From positions 1 to 19,627 of the forward strand of contig JBDRTG010000048.1 in the NCBI GenBank assembly GCA_043824255.1: a stretch of 19,627 nt of DNA, read 5' to 3'. This document shows, piece by piece, positions 8,502 through 16,718 of the stretch (position 1 is its first letter; the number at the start of each line of letters is the position of its first letter). Origin of the DNA: a bacterium (GTDB taxonomy: Bacteria; JAHJDO01). The notes beneath the pieces are model-generated. The model saw only the letters and a program-made list of their open reading frames with translations, searched no databases and was not told the origin of the DNA. Both the position numbers and the translations under genes were made by a program.

Positions 8502-9734
8502 ATGAGTCTTATTGTGCAGAAGTATGGTGGAACGTCAGTAGCAAATGCAAAGAGAATTAAGCATGTAGCGAAACTGATTGTTAAAGCTAGAGATAGATAT
8601 GACAATGTTGTGGTAGTAGTTTCTGCTATGGGTAAAACTACTGACAATTTGATAAGAATGGCAGCAGAAATAACAGATTCTCCATCAACACGTGAAATGG
8701 ATATGCTTCTTTCTACAGGAGAGCGAATTTCAATAGCATTAATTGCAATGGCCATACACTCTTTAGGGTATGATGCAATATCCTTTACAGGGTCTCAAGT
8801 AGAAATAATTACTGACACATCCCATACAAAAGCTCGTATCCTGAGGATTGGGGCAAAGAGAGTAAGAGAAGAACTTAAAAAAGGAAAGATTGTAGTTATT
8901 GCAGGATTTCAGGGAGTAAGTATGAATAAGGATATAACAACCTTGGGGCGCGGAGCTTCAGATACGAGCGCTATTGCAATTGCTGCGGCTCTAGGCGCAG
9001 ATGAGTGCGAAGTATATACTGATGTTGAAGGGGTCTTTACATCAGATCCAAGGGTGATCCCACAGGCAAAGAAGATTAAAAGCATCACTTATGAAGAAAT
9101 GCTGGAAATGGCCAGTCTTGGGGCAAAGGTGATGGCACCGCGTTCAATGCAGATAGCTCAGCGATTTAAAGTACCGCTTCATATACGATCCAGCTTTATT
9201 AACAAAAGTGGCACAAAGGTTATATCAAAAGAGAGGGGAAAAATGGAAGAGGCATTGGTTAGAAGTGTTATATTAAACGAGGATGAGGCAAAGATATCAA
9301 TTATTGGTATTCCGGATAAGCCTGGAATTGCAGGAACAATTTTCAATAACATAGCAGATGAAAATATAAACGTAGATATGATTATTCAGAATATAAGCGC
9401 AAAAGGAGTGGCCGACATATCTTTTACTGTTGCAAAAGAAGATATAAGGAAAACACTCAATGTTACTGATAAATTAAAAAGCACTGTTAATCCTAAGAAA
9501 ATAGAATGTGATAAGAATATAGCCAAGATCTCAATAGTAGGTATTGGTATGAGAACCAGTGCAGGCGTTGCTGCAAAGATGTTTCAAGTGCTCGGTGAAA
9601 ATAAAATAAATATCAGAACAATAAGCACATCAGAAATAAAGATTTCATGTTTGGTAGATAAGGAAGAAGGCAAAAAGGCCGCACGCGTTCTTCACAAAGC
9701 GTTTGAGTTGGATGAGACAAGGAGAATGCAATGA
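8502..9734 (+). CDS. lysC: Aspartate kinase (two ACT domains, alpha/beta type)
   Basis: QKYGGTSV, VVVSAMG, STGERIS, TTLGRGASD, YTDVEGVFTSDPR, DKPGIAG, STSEIKIS. Confidence 0.96.
   Translation: MSLIVQKYGGTSVANAKRIKHVAKLIVKARDRYDNVVVVVSAMGKTTDNLIRMAAEITDSPSTREMDMLLSTGERISIALIAMAIHSLGYDAISFTGSQVEIITDTSHTKARILRIGAKRVREELKKGKIVVIAGFQGVSMNKDITTLGRGASDTSAIAIAAALGADECEVYTDVEGVFTSDPRVIPQAKKIKSITYEEMLEMASLGAKVMAPRSMQIAQRFKVPLHIRSSFINKSGTKVISKERGKMEEALVRSVILNEDEAKISIIGIPDKPGIAGTIFNNIADENINVDMIIQNISAKGVADISFTVAKEDIRKTLNVTDKLKSTVNPKKIECDKNIAKISIVGIGMRTSAGVAAKMFQVLGENKINIRTISTSEIKISCLVDKEEGKKAARVLHKAFELDETRRMQ
9243..9734 (+). CDS. Probable in-frame aspartate kinase beta subunit from an internal start (Met248)
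   Basis: GAGAGGGG (9231-9238) just before an in-frame ATG at 9243 (MEEALV...), at the kinase/ACT boundary; same arrangement as B. subtilis and C. glutamicum lysC. Confidence 0.6.
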   Translation: MEEALVRSVILNEDEAKISIIGIPDKPGIAGTIFNNIADENINVDMIIQNISAKGVADISFTVAKEDIRKTLNVTDKLKSTVNPKKIECDKNIAKISIVGIGMRTSAGVAAKMFQVLGENKINIRTISTSEIKISCLVDKEEGKKAARVLHKAFELDETRRMQ

Positions 9735-10936
9735 TGTCCTCAATTGATAAAGGCTTTAATTATGAAGCTTCATGTCGCAGGATATGCGATACCTACCGCA
9801 GAGAAAATGTTGATCGAGTTCCAATACTATCACCTCTTTGGCAGTTTCCGCGGGGGGATATTGATTCTGCAAAATTCGGGGACTGGCGTGATGAAGATAG
9901 ATTTCGCGAATTAGTGCGGTTTGTCCAGGCAAGCTGTGATCCGCTTCCTCCTTATAACGCAGTTGGTTTTCCGCATGTTTTTGAATCGTGGAGTTATCAA
10001 CGATTTCTTGAAGCTCCACGGGAATATGTTGAAGAATTTCCCGATGAAGAGGGAAAGGATAACCGGACACGTCATACCGTAGTACTTCATACTCCAAAGG
10101 GTGATCTAAAGTGGGTTTACGAAAACGAAGTAGGTGTTCTCACAAACTGGGATATGCACAGACCAGTACAGTGTATTGAGGATGTTGAAAAGCTACTCAG
10201 TGTGCCGTATAAGTTTAAGTCACCAGATCCTAAGGAATATGAAGCATTTAGAAAACATCGTGCTAAAATGGGAGCAGACGCAATATCCGGAGCAGGTATT
10301 AACAGTATGGTGGCTATGCTCTGCGGGGTAATGCCCTTTGAGCTTTTATTGGAGTGGGTAATAACAGAACCGGATATTATCAAGAGACTTGCAGATACAT
10401 GGCTCGAGCGTACATCCGAAAAGGTTGATTGGCTGCTTTCTCAAGGTGTCGGTCCTTTCTGGCATTTCAATGGCGTGGAGCGGGCGAGTCCTCCAATGAT
10501 GGGACCTAATCAGTGGGATGAACTTGTGATTCCATATGATGGAGATATTATGAGAAGAATCAAAGCTGCTGATTCAGAGGCCAGAATACATGTCCACTGT
10601 CATGGAAATGTGGAAACATTGCTTGATTCATTTGTGGAAATGGGAGTTGATTCCATTGATCCAGTAGAGCCTCATCCACAGGGCGATGTTGATATTGCTA
10701 AGGTTAAGCGGAAATATGATAATAAGCTGGTATTCGTTGGCAATATTGAATTTCTAGATATGGAAACAAAGAATCCTGGTGAAATGGATGAGATAGTCCA
10801 GTACGCCATTGAGGGAGGGGGTAAGGAAAATGTTATGTTGTGGACTTCATCCGGTCCACATGAGCGTCCCACTGACCGTTTTCTGGATAATGCTGTGCAT
10901 TACATTGAAGCAGGTCTGAAATACGGAAAGATGTAG
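9731..10936 (+). CDS. URO-D/MtaA-like protein #2, function unknown
   Basis: DRVPI, LHTPKGDL, PPMMGPNQWDELVIPYD, HVHCHG, MGVDSIDPVEP.PQGDVDIAKVKR...GNIE; start overlaps the lysC stop (ATGATG). Confidence 0.8.
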   Translation: MMSSIDKGFNYEASCRRICDTYRRENVDRVPILSPLWQFPRGDIDSAKFGDWRDEDRFRELVRFVQASCDPLPPYNAVGFPHVFESWSYQRFLEAPREYVEEFPDEEGKDNRTRHTVVLHTPKGDLKWVYENEVGVLTNWDMHRPVQCIEDVEKLLSVPYKFKSPDPKEYEAFRKHRAKMGADAISGAGINSMVAMLCGVMPFELLLEWVITEPDIIKRLADTWLERTSEKVDWLLSQGVGPFWHFNGVERASPPMMGPNQWDELVIPYDGDIMRRIKAADSEARIHVHCHGNVETLLDSFVEMGVDSIDPVEPHPQGDVDIAKVKRKYDNKLVFVGNIEFLDMETKNPGEMDEIVQYAIEGGGKENVMLWTSSGPHERPTDRFLDNAVHYIEAGLKYGKM

Positions 10937-11041
10937 ACATGCTGGAAATATAAGAAAATAAGGACATAGAATGACTAGACATAGCAGTATTTGAGATATG
11001 TCGCAGAAAAGAAATGCATAACTAAAATATTGGAGAAGAAG

Positions 11042-11629
11042 ATGAAAAGAATAGGAAGTGTAAAACGTGATACAAAAGAGACTAATATCGATCTAAAATT
11101 TGTTCTAGACGGTAAAGGAAATGCAAACATAAGAACGAAGATCCCTTTTTTCGATCATATGCTTACATTAATGGCTAAACATGGTTTGTTTAATCTAGAT
11201 ATAGTTGCGAAGGGTGACATTGAGGTAGATGATCACCACACAGTCGAAGATATGGGAATATGTCTTGGTGAGGCGCTCAGAAAGGCTCTTGGAGACAAGA
11301 GGGGTGTGAAACGCTTTGGATATGCAAGACTTCCGATGGATGAGGCGCTTGGAGAAGTCAGTATTGATATTAGCGGCAGGGCTTTTTTTGTTTTCAATGT
11401 GAACGCTCCAGCAAAAAGGATAAAAAGGTTTGAGGTTCAGCTTGTAGAGGAGTTTATGCGTGCATTTGTGAACACTGCTTTGATTACACTACATGTAAAT
11501 CTTATATACGGGAAGAACACTCATCACATATATGAATCTATTTTTAAAGCACTGGGAAAAGCACTGGATGAGGCAACAGCAATAGATGCAAGACAGAGAA
11601 CTATTCCATCTACAAAAGGTATTCTTTAA
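11042..11629 (+). CDS. hisB: Imidazoleglycerol-phosphate dehydratase
   Basis: RDTKET, FFDHML, DDHHTVED, PMDEAL, NTHHIYE, IPSTKG; GGAG at 11032-11035 supports the ATG at 11042 rather than the TTG at 10991. Confidence 0.96.
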   Translation: MKRIGSVKRDTKETNIDLKFVLDGKGNANIRTKIPFFDHMLTLMAKHGLFNLDIVAKGDIEVDDHHTVEDMGICLGEALRKALGDKRGVKRFGYARLPMDEALGEVSIDISGRAFFVFNVNAPAKRIKRFEVQLVEEFMRAFVNTALITLHVNLIYGKNTHHIYESIFKALGKALDEATAIDARQRTIPSTKGIL

Positions 11630-12351
11630 TGATTGTAATTCCGGCTATAGATATATATCAAGGGAAAGTAGTTCGTCTTAAGCAGGGGAGTTTTGATAAC
11701 GTAAAAGTTTATGAAGATAATCCTCTGGAATGTGCTCTCAAGTGGGAAAGACAAGGGGCAAAGAGGATCCACATTGTTGATTTAGAAGGCGCAAAAACAG
11801 GCAGCATTAAGAATATGGATATAGTTACTTCTATATGTAAAGCATTGGAAATCCCTGTTGAAGTGGGAGGAGGGATAAGGGATATTTCTACTATAGATAC
11901 ATTGCTAAAAAAGGGAGTAAGATGGGTAATTATTGGAACTCAAGCATGTGCTTCTTCTGATTTTTTAAAACAAGTTTACTTTGAATTTGGTGAAAGAATA
12001 ATTGTTAGTATAGATGCAAAAGACGATAAGGTTGCAGTTCAGGGGTGGCAGAAGGCATCAGAATTCGAAGTTAAAGATATAATTGAAAAAGTTGAGGATA
12101 TAGGAATTAAAACAGTTATTTATACAGACATAAGTAGAGATGGTATGTTAACAGGTCCTAATTTAGAAAGGCTCAAACAGTTGGTTAATAGAGAAACAGT
12201 AAACATAATAGCGTCTGGCGGAATTTCTTGCTTAGATGATATTAAAAAATTAGCTTCAATAAAAGGTTTGATGGGAGTAATAGTTGGAAAGGCGCTATAT
12301 GAAAACAAGTTCAAACTTAAAGAGGCGCTTAAGAATGAATTTAAATTTTAA
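11629..12351 (+). CDS. hisA: ProFAR isomerase
   Basis: IPAIDI..GKVVRLKQG, HIVDLEGA, VGGGIR, YTDISRDGMLTG, ASGGIS, IVGKALY; TAATG overlap with hisB. Confidence 0.95.
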   Translation: MIVIPAIDIYQGKVVRLKQGSFDNVKVYEDNPLECALKWERQGAKRIHIVDLEGAKTGSIKNMDIVTSICKALEIPVEVGGGIRDISTIDTLLKKGVRWVIIGTQACASSDFLKQVYFEFGERIIVSIDAKDDKVAVQGWQKASEFEVKDIIEKVEDIGIKTVIYTDISRDGMLTGPNLERLKQLVNRETVNIIASGGISCLDDIKKLASIKGLMGVIVGKALYENKFKLKEALKNEFKF

Positions 12352-13532
12352 ATTTCTTCAGAATATTCCATGCACCTTTTTCTATAATGTTTGTAATTTT
12401 CTAAGCTGACCTCTTCTGGTACACCATGGTCACATGTAGGAATATATCCACCGCGTTTATGCATGGCAGGGAGTATACAATCCAGGTGTTTGTCTATTTG
12501 CTTCTTTCCCTGTGCAAGTATACGTTTATCAATTCCTCCGAATATAACAAGCTCAGGGTACTGCTTGCCTATTTCAACTACGTTGCATCCAGATGCAACT
12601 TCAAATGGGCTCATTATGTCCATTCCTATCTCTCTATAAACAGGAATAATTGGAGTAGCAAGTCCATCTGTGTCAATCTGAATGTAAAGATGACGACCTT
12701 TGTCAAGCTGTCTGGATTTAATATTTGATATCAATTGTTGATAATATGGGAAAATGAACTCTCGTATCATATCGGGAGCAATAAGAGAACCGTGATTGTA
12801 GCATATATCCTCTGCAAGAAAAAGCTCATCAATTGTTAGATACTGTTGGTGTTTTGCAATTACAGCATCAGCAAGCTTGAACCATGTTCGCATGCAGTCA
12901 TGGATTAATTTTGGGTCATCGTAGAACATATATAAAAGTCCTTCAGGTCCGATAAGACTTCTGAGATACATATAGCCACCGATCATATTCTGAGTAATAA
13001 TAGTGCCATGAGAGGCAACTTTTCCAGCTTTCGTTATGCGTTTCTCGAAATCAGTGTAACGCTCAGAAGTATTCGGATTAAGACGCCATTTACATTTTTT
13101 TTCCCACGATCTCCTGTCTTTTACAGGATGATCAAGATATGTAGGCATAAAACCATTTCTGTGCCCCTTGAAAAAGAGTACGTGGCGACCAGCATTGTCC
13201 TGTATTACTTCGTGTTCACCACGATTCTCGACTAATTTGTCTTCAAACATAGGGCAAAATGGCGCTTCACACCAGCCAAGTTGTCCAAGATTGTGCTTGC
13301 CTCCAGAATCAAATCCAAAAATTTCATCAAGATTAGCATCATCAGCAAGACCCTGTTCCTTCCATTTTCCCAAGCAATAAAATCCGAATTCCCGCTGAAA
13401 AAAGGGGGCATTAGGCTTGCGAGAATAAGTGTCTCGCAGTTTCCGTGTGCTCATATCCATTTTATTTCTTGAAACCATACTGTATACCCCGTCTCCCTGT
13501 TTTAAGACCTTATCAATTTTCGTTTTCGTCAT
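12348..13532 (-). CDS. URO-D/MtaA-like protein #3, function unknown
   Basis: LYMFYDDPKLIHD, AEDICYNHGSLIAPDMIREFIFPYY, IDTDG, PFEVASG, FGGIDKR, GGYIPTCDHGVPEEVSLENY; GAGGTG RBS. Confidence 0.85.
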   Translation of the reverse strand: MTKTKIDKVLKQGDGVYSMVSRNKMDMSTRKLRDTYSRKPNAPFFQREFGFYCLGKWKEQGLADDANLDEIFGFDSGGKHNLGQLGWCEAPFCPMFEDKLVENRGEHEVIQDNAGRHVLFFKGHRNGFMPTYLDHPVKDRRSWEKKCKWRLNPNTSERYTDFEKRITKAGKVASHGTIITQNMIGGYMYLRSLIGPEGLLYMFYDDPKLIHDCMRTWFKLADAVIAKHQQYLTIDELFLAEDICYNHGSLIAPDMIREFIFPYYQQLISNIKSRQLDKGRHLYIQIDTDGLATPIIPVYREIGMDIMSPFEVASGCNVVEIGKQYPELVIFGGIDKRILAQGKKQIDKHLDCILPAMHKRGGYIPTCDHGVPEEVSLENYKHYRKRCMEYSEEI

Positions 13533-13683
13533 ACAGTCACCTCTATAATAATTGCAAATGAATTTTACAATGTTCTAGTTGATTTTACATAGACTTAGTT
13601 GCTATAGCATTTTCACACTCAAAATGCAAACATTTCCGAGCCCATATTAGAGAGTTAGAGAGCAAACCTGCACATGCGAATAT

Positions 13684-13713
13684 TTGACTTGTTGTAATTA
13701 TATGAGCTATAAT
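13684..13713 (+). promoter_or_regulatory. Putative sigma70 promoter for hisI
   Basis: TTGACT (13684-13689), 18-nt spacer, TATAAT (13708-13713) in the divergent intergenic region. Confidence 0.65.
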
Positions 13714-13775
13714 CAAAATCATGATAAAGGGGAAATCAGTATTATCCAAATTCAGGACTATTTAAAAGTGAATAT

Positions 13776-14162
13776 ATGATGAATATTATAGAGCAAGTTA
13801 ATTTTGATAAAAACGGATTGATTCCTGTAATAGTTCAGGATTTTAAGACCTCGGATGTTCTGATGATGGGGTATATGAATAAAGAGTCCCTGGAAACAAC
13901 GCTTAAAACAGGAAGAACATGTTTCTGGAGTAGGTCAAGGGGGAAGTTGTGGATAAAAGGGGAGATTTCAGGACATATTCAGAAAGCAAAAGATATCCTT
14001 ATAGACTGTGATAATGACACGCTTCTTATAAAAGTTGAGCAGATAGGTGGAGCATGTCATACGGGCTATAGAACATGTTTTTATAGAAGGTATGATAAAG
14101 ATGGTTTTACAGTTGTAGAAAAGAAGCTCTTTGATCCAGAAAAAATCTATAAGAAAACTTAA
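13776..14162 (+). CDS. hisI: Phosphoribosyl-AMP cyclohydrolase (monofunctional, no HisE domain)
   Basis: [38 protein letters not shown]. Confidence 0.96.
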   Translation: MMNIIEQVNFDKNGLIPVIVQDFKTSDVLMMGYMNKESLETTLKTGRTCFWSRSRGKLWIKGEISGHIQKAKDILIDCDNDTLLIKVEQIGGACHTGYRTCFYRRYDKDGFTVVEKKLFDPEKIYKKT

Positions 14163-15445
14163 TCAGTTGAAAAAACAATTCTTCCGTTTACTAATGTGTG
14201 TTCTACTTTGAAGTCATAATCTCCCTGTTCTCCGGAAATAGATCCAATAGTCAAATCAGCCTGTTTGTTCTTCTCAATAACACCTCTGGAATCCAGACCA
14301 AGCATATTACAGCTATTTGTAGAAAAAATTTTAGCCATGGATACGAGGGCTTTTTCAAGGTCTAATGCAGGGTGTTTTCTTATCCATATTCCTTCCATTT
14401 CTCTTGTTAGCCATGACAATAAATTAGAGAATGCCTTATCTGTTGTGAGTACACTTCCGAAAAGAGTATTCTCTTCTCCTTTAACAGCTATATAACTTGC
14501 GTTATCGTTTAGCATGCCTTTAACTCCGCTGATTTCAAACTCTCTAACTTTATTGCTGCCTGTTGGAAACATGGAATCAGTTATAGCTATAATCTTTGAA
14601 TCTGTTTTTTTGTTTATTGCATCTCTAACATAAGCAGGATTAATATGATAACCATCTAGAATCAGTTCTGCATAAATTTCATCATTTTTCAAAACTGCTT
14701 CAGCAGCCCCTCCGCCGTTAAATGGCTTATAAGAAGTATTAGTAGGCCCATTCATAAAATGTACAAAGTATTTCAATCCTGCTCTTATAGCTTCTTCAAT
14801 CTGGAAACAAGTTGCTCTTGTATGACCTGTTCCAACAACAATATTATTTTTTGCAAGGTGTTTTATAAGGTTAATAGAATCTTCTCCATATTCAGATACG
14901 ATGTTTGCCAATTTAATCGTACCTGATTCGTTTATTTGATTAAATATTTTTATATCAGGTTTGAAAACATAACTAAGAGATTGAGCTCCAAGAAAGTCAG
15001 GGCTTATAAAAGTACCTTCAAGAAAAGCTCCATGTAGAAAAGCTCCATGCAATCCATTGGTTTTGCTTTCCATAAACTTTTTTAGATATTTAAGACATGC
15101 CTGAAGATTTCTTATTGGAGCTGCAAATGTTGAAGGGAATGCGGAGGTTACTCCCTGTCTTGCTTTTTCCATTGCAAGTATAGGTATGCCTTTGGAAAAA
15201 GCTTCTTTAGAGTTGTCGAATGATTTTGTTTCCGGATTGTATTTACCTAGTGTGAAATCAAATAGATTATAGCCGTGAAAATGGATGTCAAAAAAACCTG
15301 GGAATATATATTTCCCTTCAGCATTGATTATCCTATCAGGAGACTGGTTTGGAGATTCAAAGTATATCTTGTCATCCAGTATGTATAAATCAGTTCTTTC
15401 TATCCTATTTTTAAGAATTACACTTCCGTTTTTTATCTTTATCAT
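14159..15445 (-). CDS. N-acetylglucosamine-6-phosphate deacetylase-like amidohydrolase (divergent)
   Basis: [48 protein letters not shown] match the NagA motif series. Confidence 0.75.
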   Translation of the reverse strand: MIKIKNGSVILKNRIERTDLYILDDKIYFESPNQSPDRIINAEGKYIFPGFFDIHFHGYNLFDFTLGKYNPETKSFDNSKEAFSKGIPILAMEKARQGVTSAFPSTFAAPIRNLQACLKYLKKFMESKTNGLHGAFLHGAFLEGTFISPDFLGAQSLSYVFKPDIKIFNQINESGTIKLANIVSEYGEDSINLIKHLAKNNIVVGTGHTRATCFQIEEAIRAGLKYFVHFMNGPTNTSYKPFNGGGAAEAVLKNDEIYAELILDGYHINPAYVRDAINKKTDSKIIAITDSMFPTGSNKVREFEISGVKGMLNDNASYIAVKGEENTLFGSVLTTDKAFSNLLSWLTREMEGIWIRKHPALDLEKALVSMAKIFSTNSCNMLGLDSRGVIEKNKQADLTIGSISGEQGDYDFKVEHTLVNGRIVFSTD

Positions 15446-15447
15446 AT

Positions 15448-16014
15448 TTAGTTGCTTTTAATAAGACTTAGTGCTTCTGCGCGTGTTTTACTATTTTTTC
15501 TGAATATGCCTCTCACAGCAGAAGTAACTGCGATTGCACCATGCTTTTTAACGCCTCTCATTGTCATGCATAAATGCTCTGCTTCTATTAGAACAATAAC
15601 ACCCTGAGGCTTCAACACTTCCATGAGTGCATCAGCGATGTTTGTAGTTAGCCTTTCTTGTAGTTGAGGCTTCTTGGCAAACAGATCAACAGCATGGACT
15701 AATGTGTTAAGGCCTATGACTCTGTTATCTTTTGGAATATAGGCGACATGAGCTTTACCTGTGAAAGGAAGAAAATGATGTTCACACATTGAAGCAAAAT
15801 AGATATCTTTCACAAGAACAATCTCGTCATACTCTGTTTCAATAGAAACTTTTAGTTCCTTTTTGGGATCCTTATGCAGTCCCGCAAATATTTCTTCGTA
15901 CATTTCTGCAATACGTTGTGGTGTTCTAATGAGCCCTTTTCTTTTTGGATCTTCTCCAACAGCCTCAAGGATCGCTTTTACCGCTTCAATGATCTTTCCA
16001 TGATTTATTTTCAC
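15448..16014 (-). CDS. folE: GTP cyclohydrolase I (type IA) homologue with an atypical phosphate-binding loop
   Basis: [52 protein letters not shown] start. Confidence 0.9.
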   Translation of the reverse strand: MKINHGKIIEAVKAILEAVGEDPKRKGLIRTPQRIAEMYEEIFAGLHKDPKKELKVSIETEYDEIVLVKDIYFASMCEHHFLPFTGKAHVAYIPKDNRVIGLNTLVHAVDLFAKKPQLQERLTTNIADALMEVLKPQGVIVLIEAEHLCMTMRGVKKHGAIAVTSAVRGIFRKNSKTRAEALSLIKSN

Positions 16015-16030
16015 AATTAAAGGCTCCTCC

Positions 16031-16702
16031 TCATTTTGCTATTTTTTCAATGTCACTGTTACTTCCTACTACTACAAGCACATCATTTTCTACAAAGATA
16101 TGATTTGGGTCTGGCACACTATGGATTTTTTCTATAGTTTTCCCGTCTTGGTCTACACCCTGCTCTTTGATTGCCACAACATTTACTTTGTATTGGTCTC
16201 TTAGATGTAGATCACGCAACTTTTTATGTAGAAAACTTGGTGGGGTTTTGATTTGAACCAGGCTGTGACCGTTTGTTAGAGGGATATAATCCAGGATACT
16301 TGACATAAGCAGATTTTGTGCAATTCTTTTTCCCATGTCATCTTCAGGTGAGACAATCCTATCAGCACCAACCAGTTTTAATATTTGGAATTGTATATCG
16401 TTTGCAGCTCTGGATATTATCTGCTTTACCCCGAGCTTTTTTAGTAGGACAGTTGTAAGTAGATTTGCCTCAAAATTTTCGCCAATACAGACTAATACAC
16501 TATCAACTCTATTTATTCCCTGTGAAACTAAGTTTTCTTCAATTGAGGAATCCATTCTTACAGCTAATGTCACTTTATCCTTTATAGCTTCTATCTTTCT
16601 AGGATCTTTATCAACAGCAATCACCTCTGCATTTCTCTCAGCAAGTGTAACTGCAACTCTATAGCCAAACATCCCAAGTCCTATTACTGCAAATTTTGTC
16701 AT
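16031..16702 (-). CDS. ktrA: Ktr/Trk K+ uptake regulatory subunit (RCK N and C domains)
   Basis: [28 protein letters not shown]-terminal RCK_C (LRDLHLR..Y.VNVVAIK...D.LVVVG). Confidence 0.9.
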   Translation of the reverse strand: MTKFAVIGLGMFGYRVAVTLAERNAEVIAVDKDPRKIEAIKDKVTLAVRMDSSIEENLVSQGINRVDSVLVCIGENFEANLLTTVLLKKLGVKQIISRAANDIQFQILKLVGADRIVSPEDDMGKRIAQNLLMSSILDYIPLTNGHSLVQIKTPPSFLHKKLRDLHLRDQYKVNVVAIKEQGVDQDGKTIEKIHSVPDPNHIFVENDVLVVVGSNSDIEKIAK

Positions 16703-16718
16703 TGTTTTTCTCCTCTAA

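Noticed and set aside
10991..11041. N-terminal extension of HisB, or a hisC remnant in the 10937-11041 gap
   Set aside because: The TTG start has no RBS, homology begins at Met 11042, and no recognisable hisC residues are present
6232..13532. Calling the URO-D-like genes hemE or mtaA
   Set aside because: No MRQAGR motif, no canonical H-x-C Zn motif in register, and no heme or corrinoid gene context
13560..13665. Short palindrome TGCTATAGCA and ATTTTACA / TTAGAGAG direct repeats as operators
   Set aside because: Too short in AT-rich DNA to support a call; no regulator gene nearby
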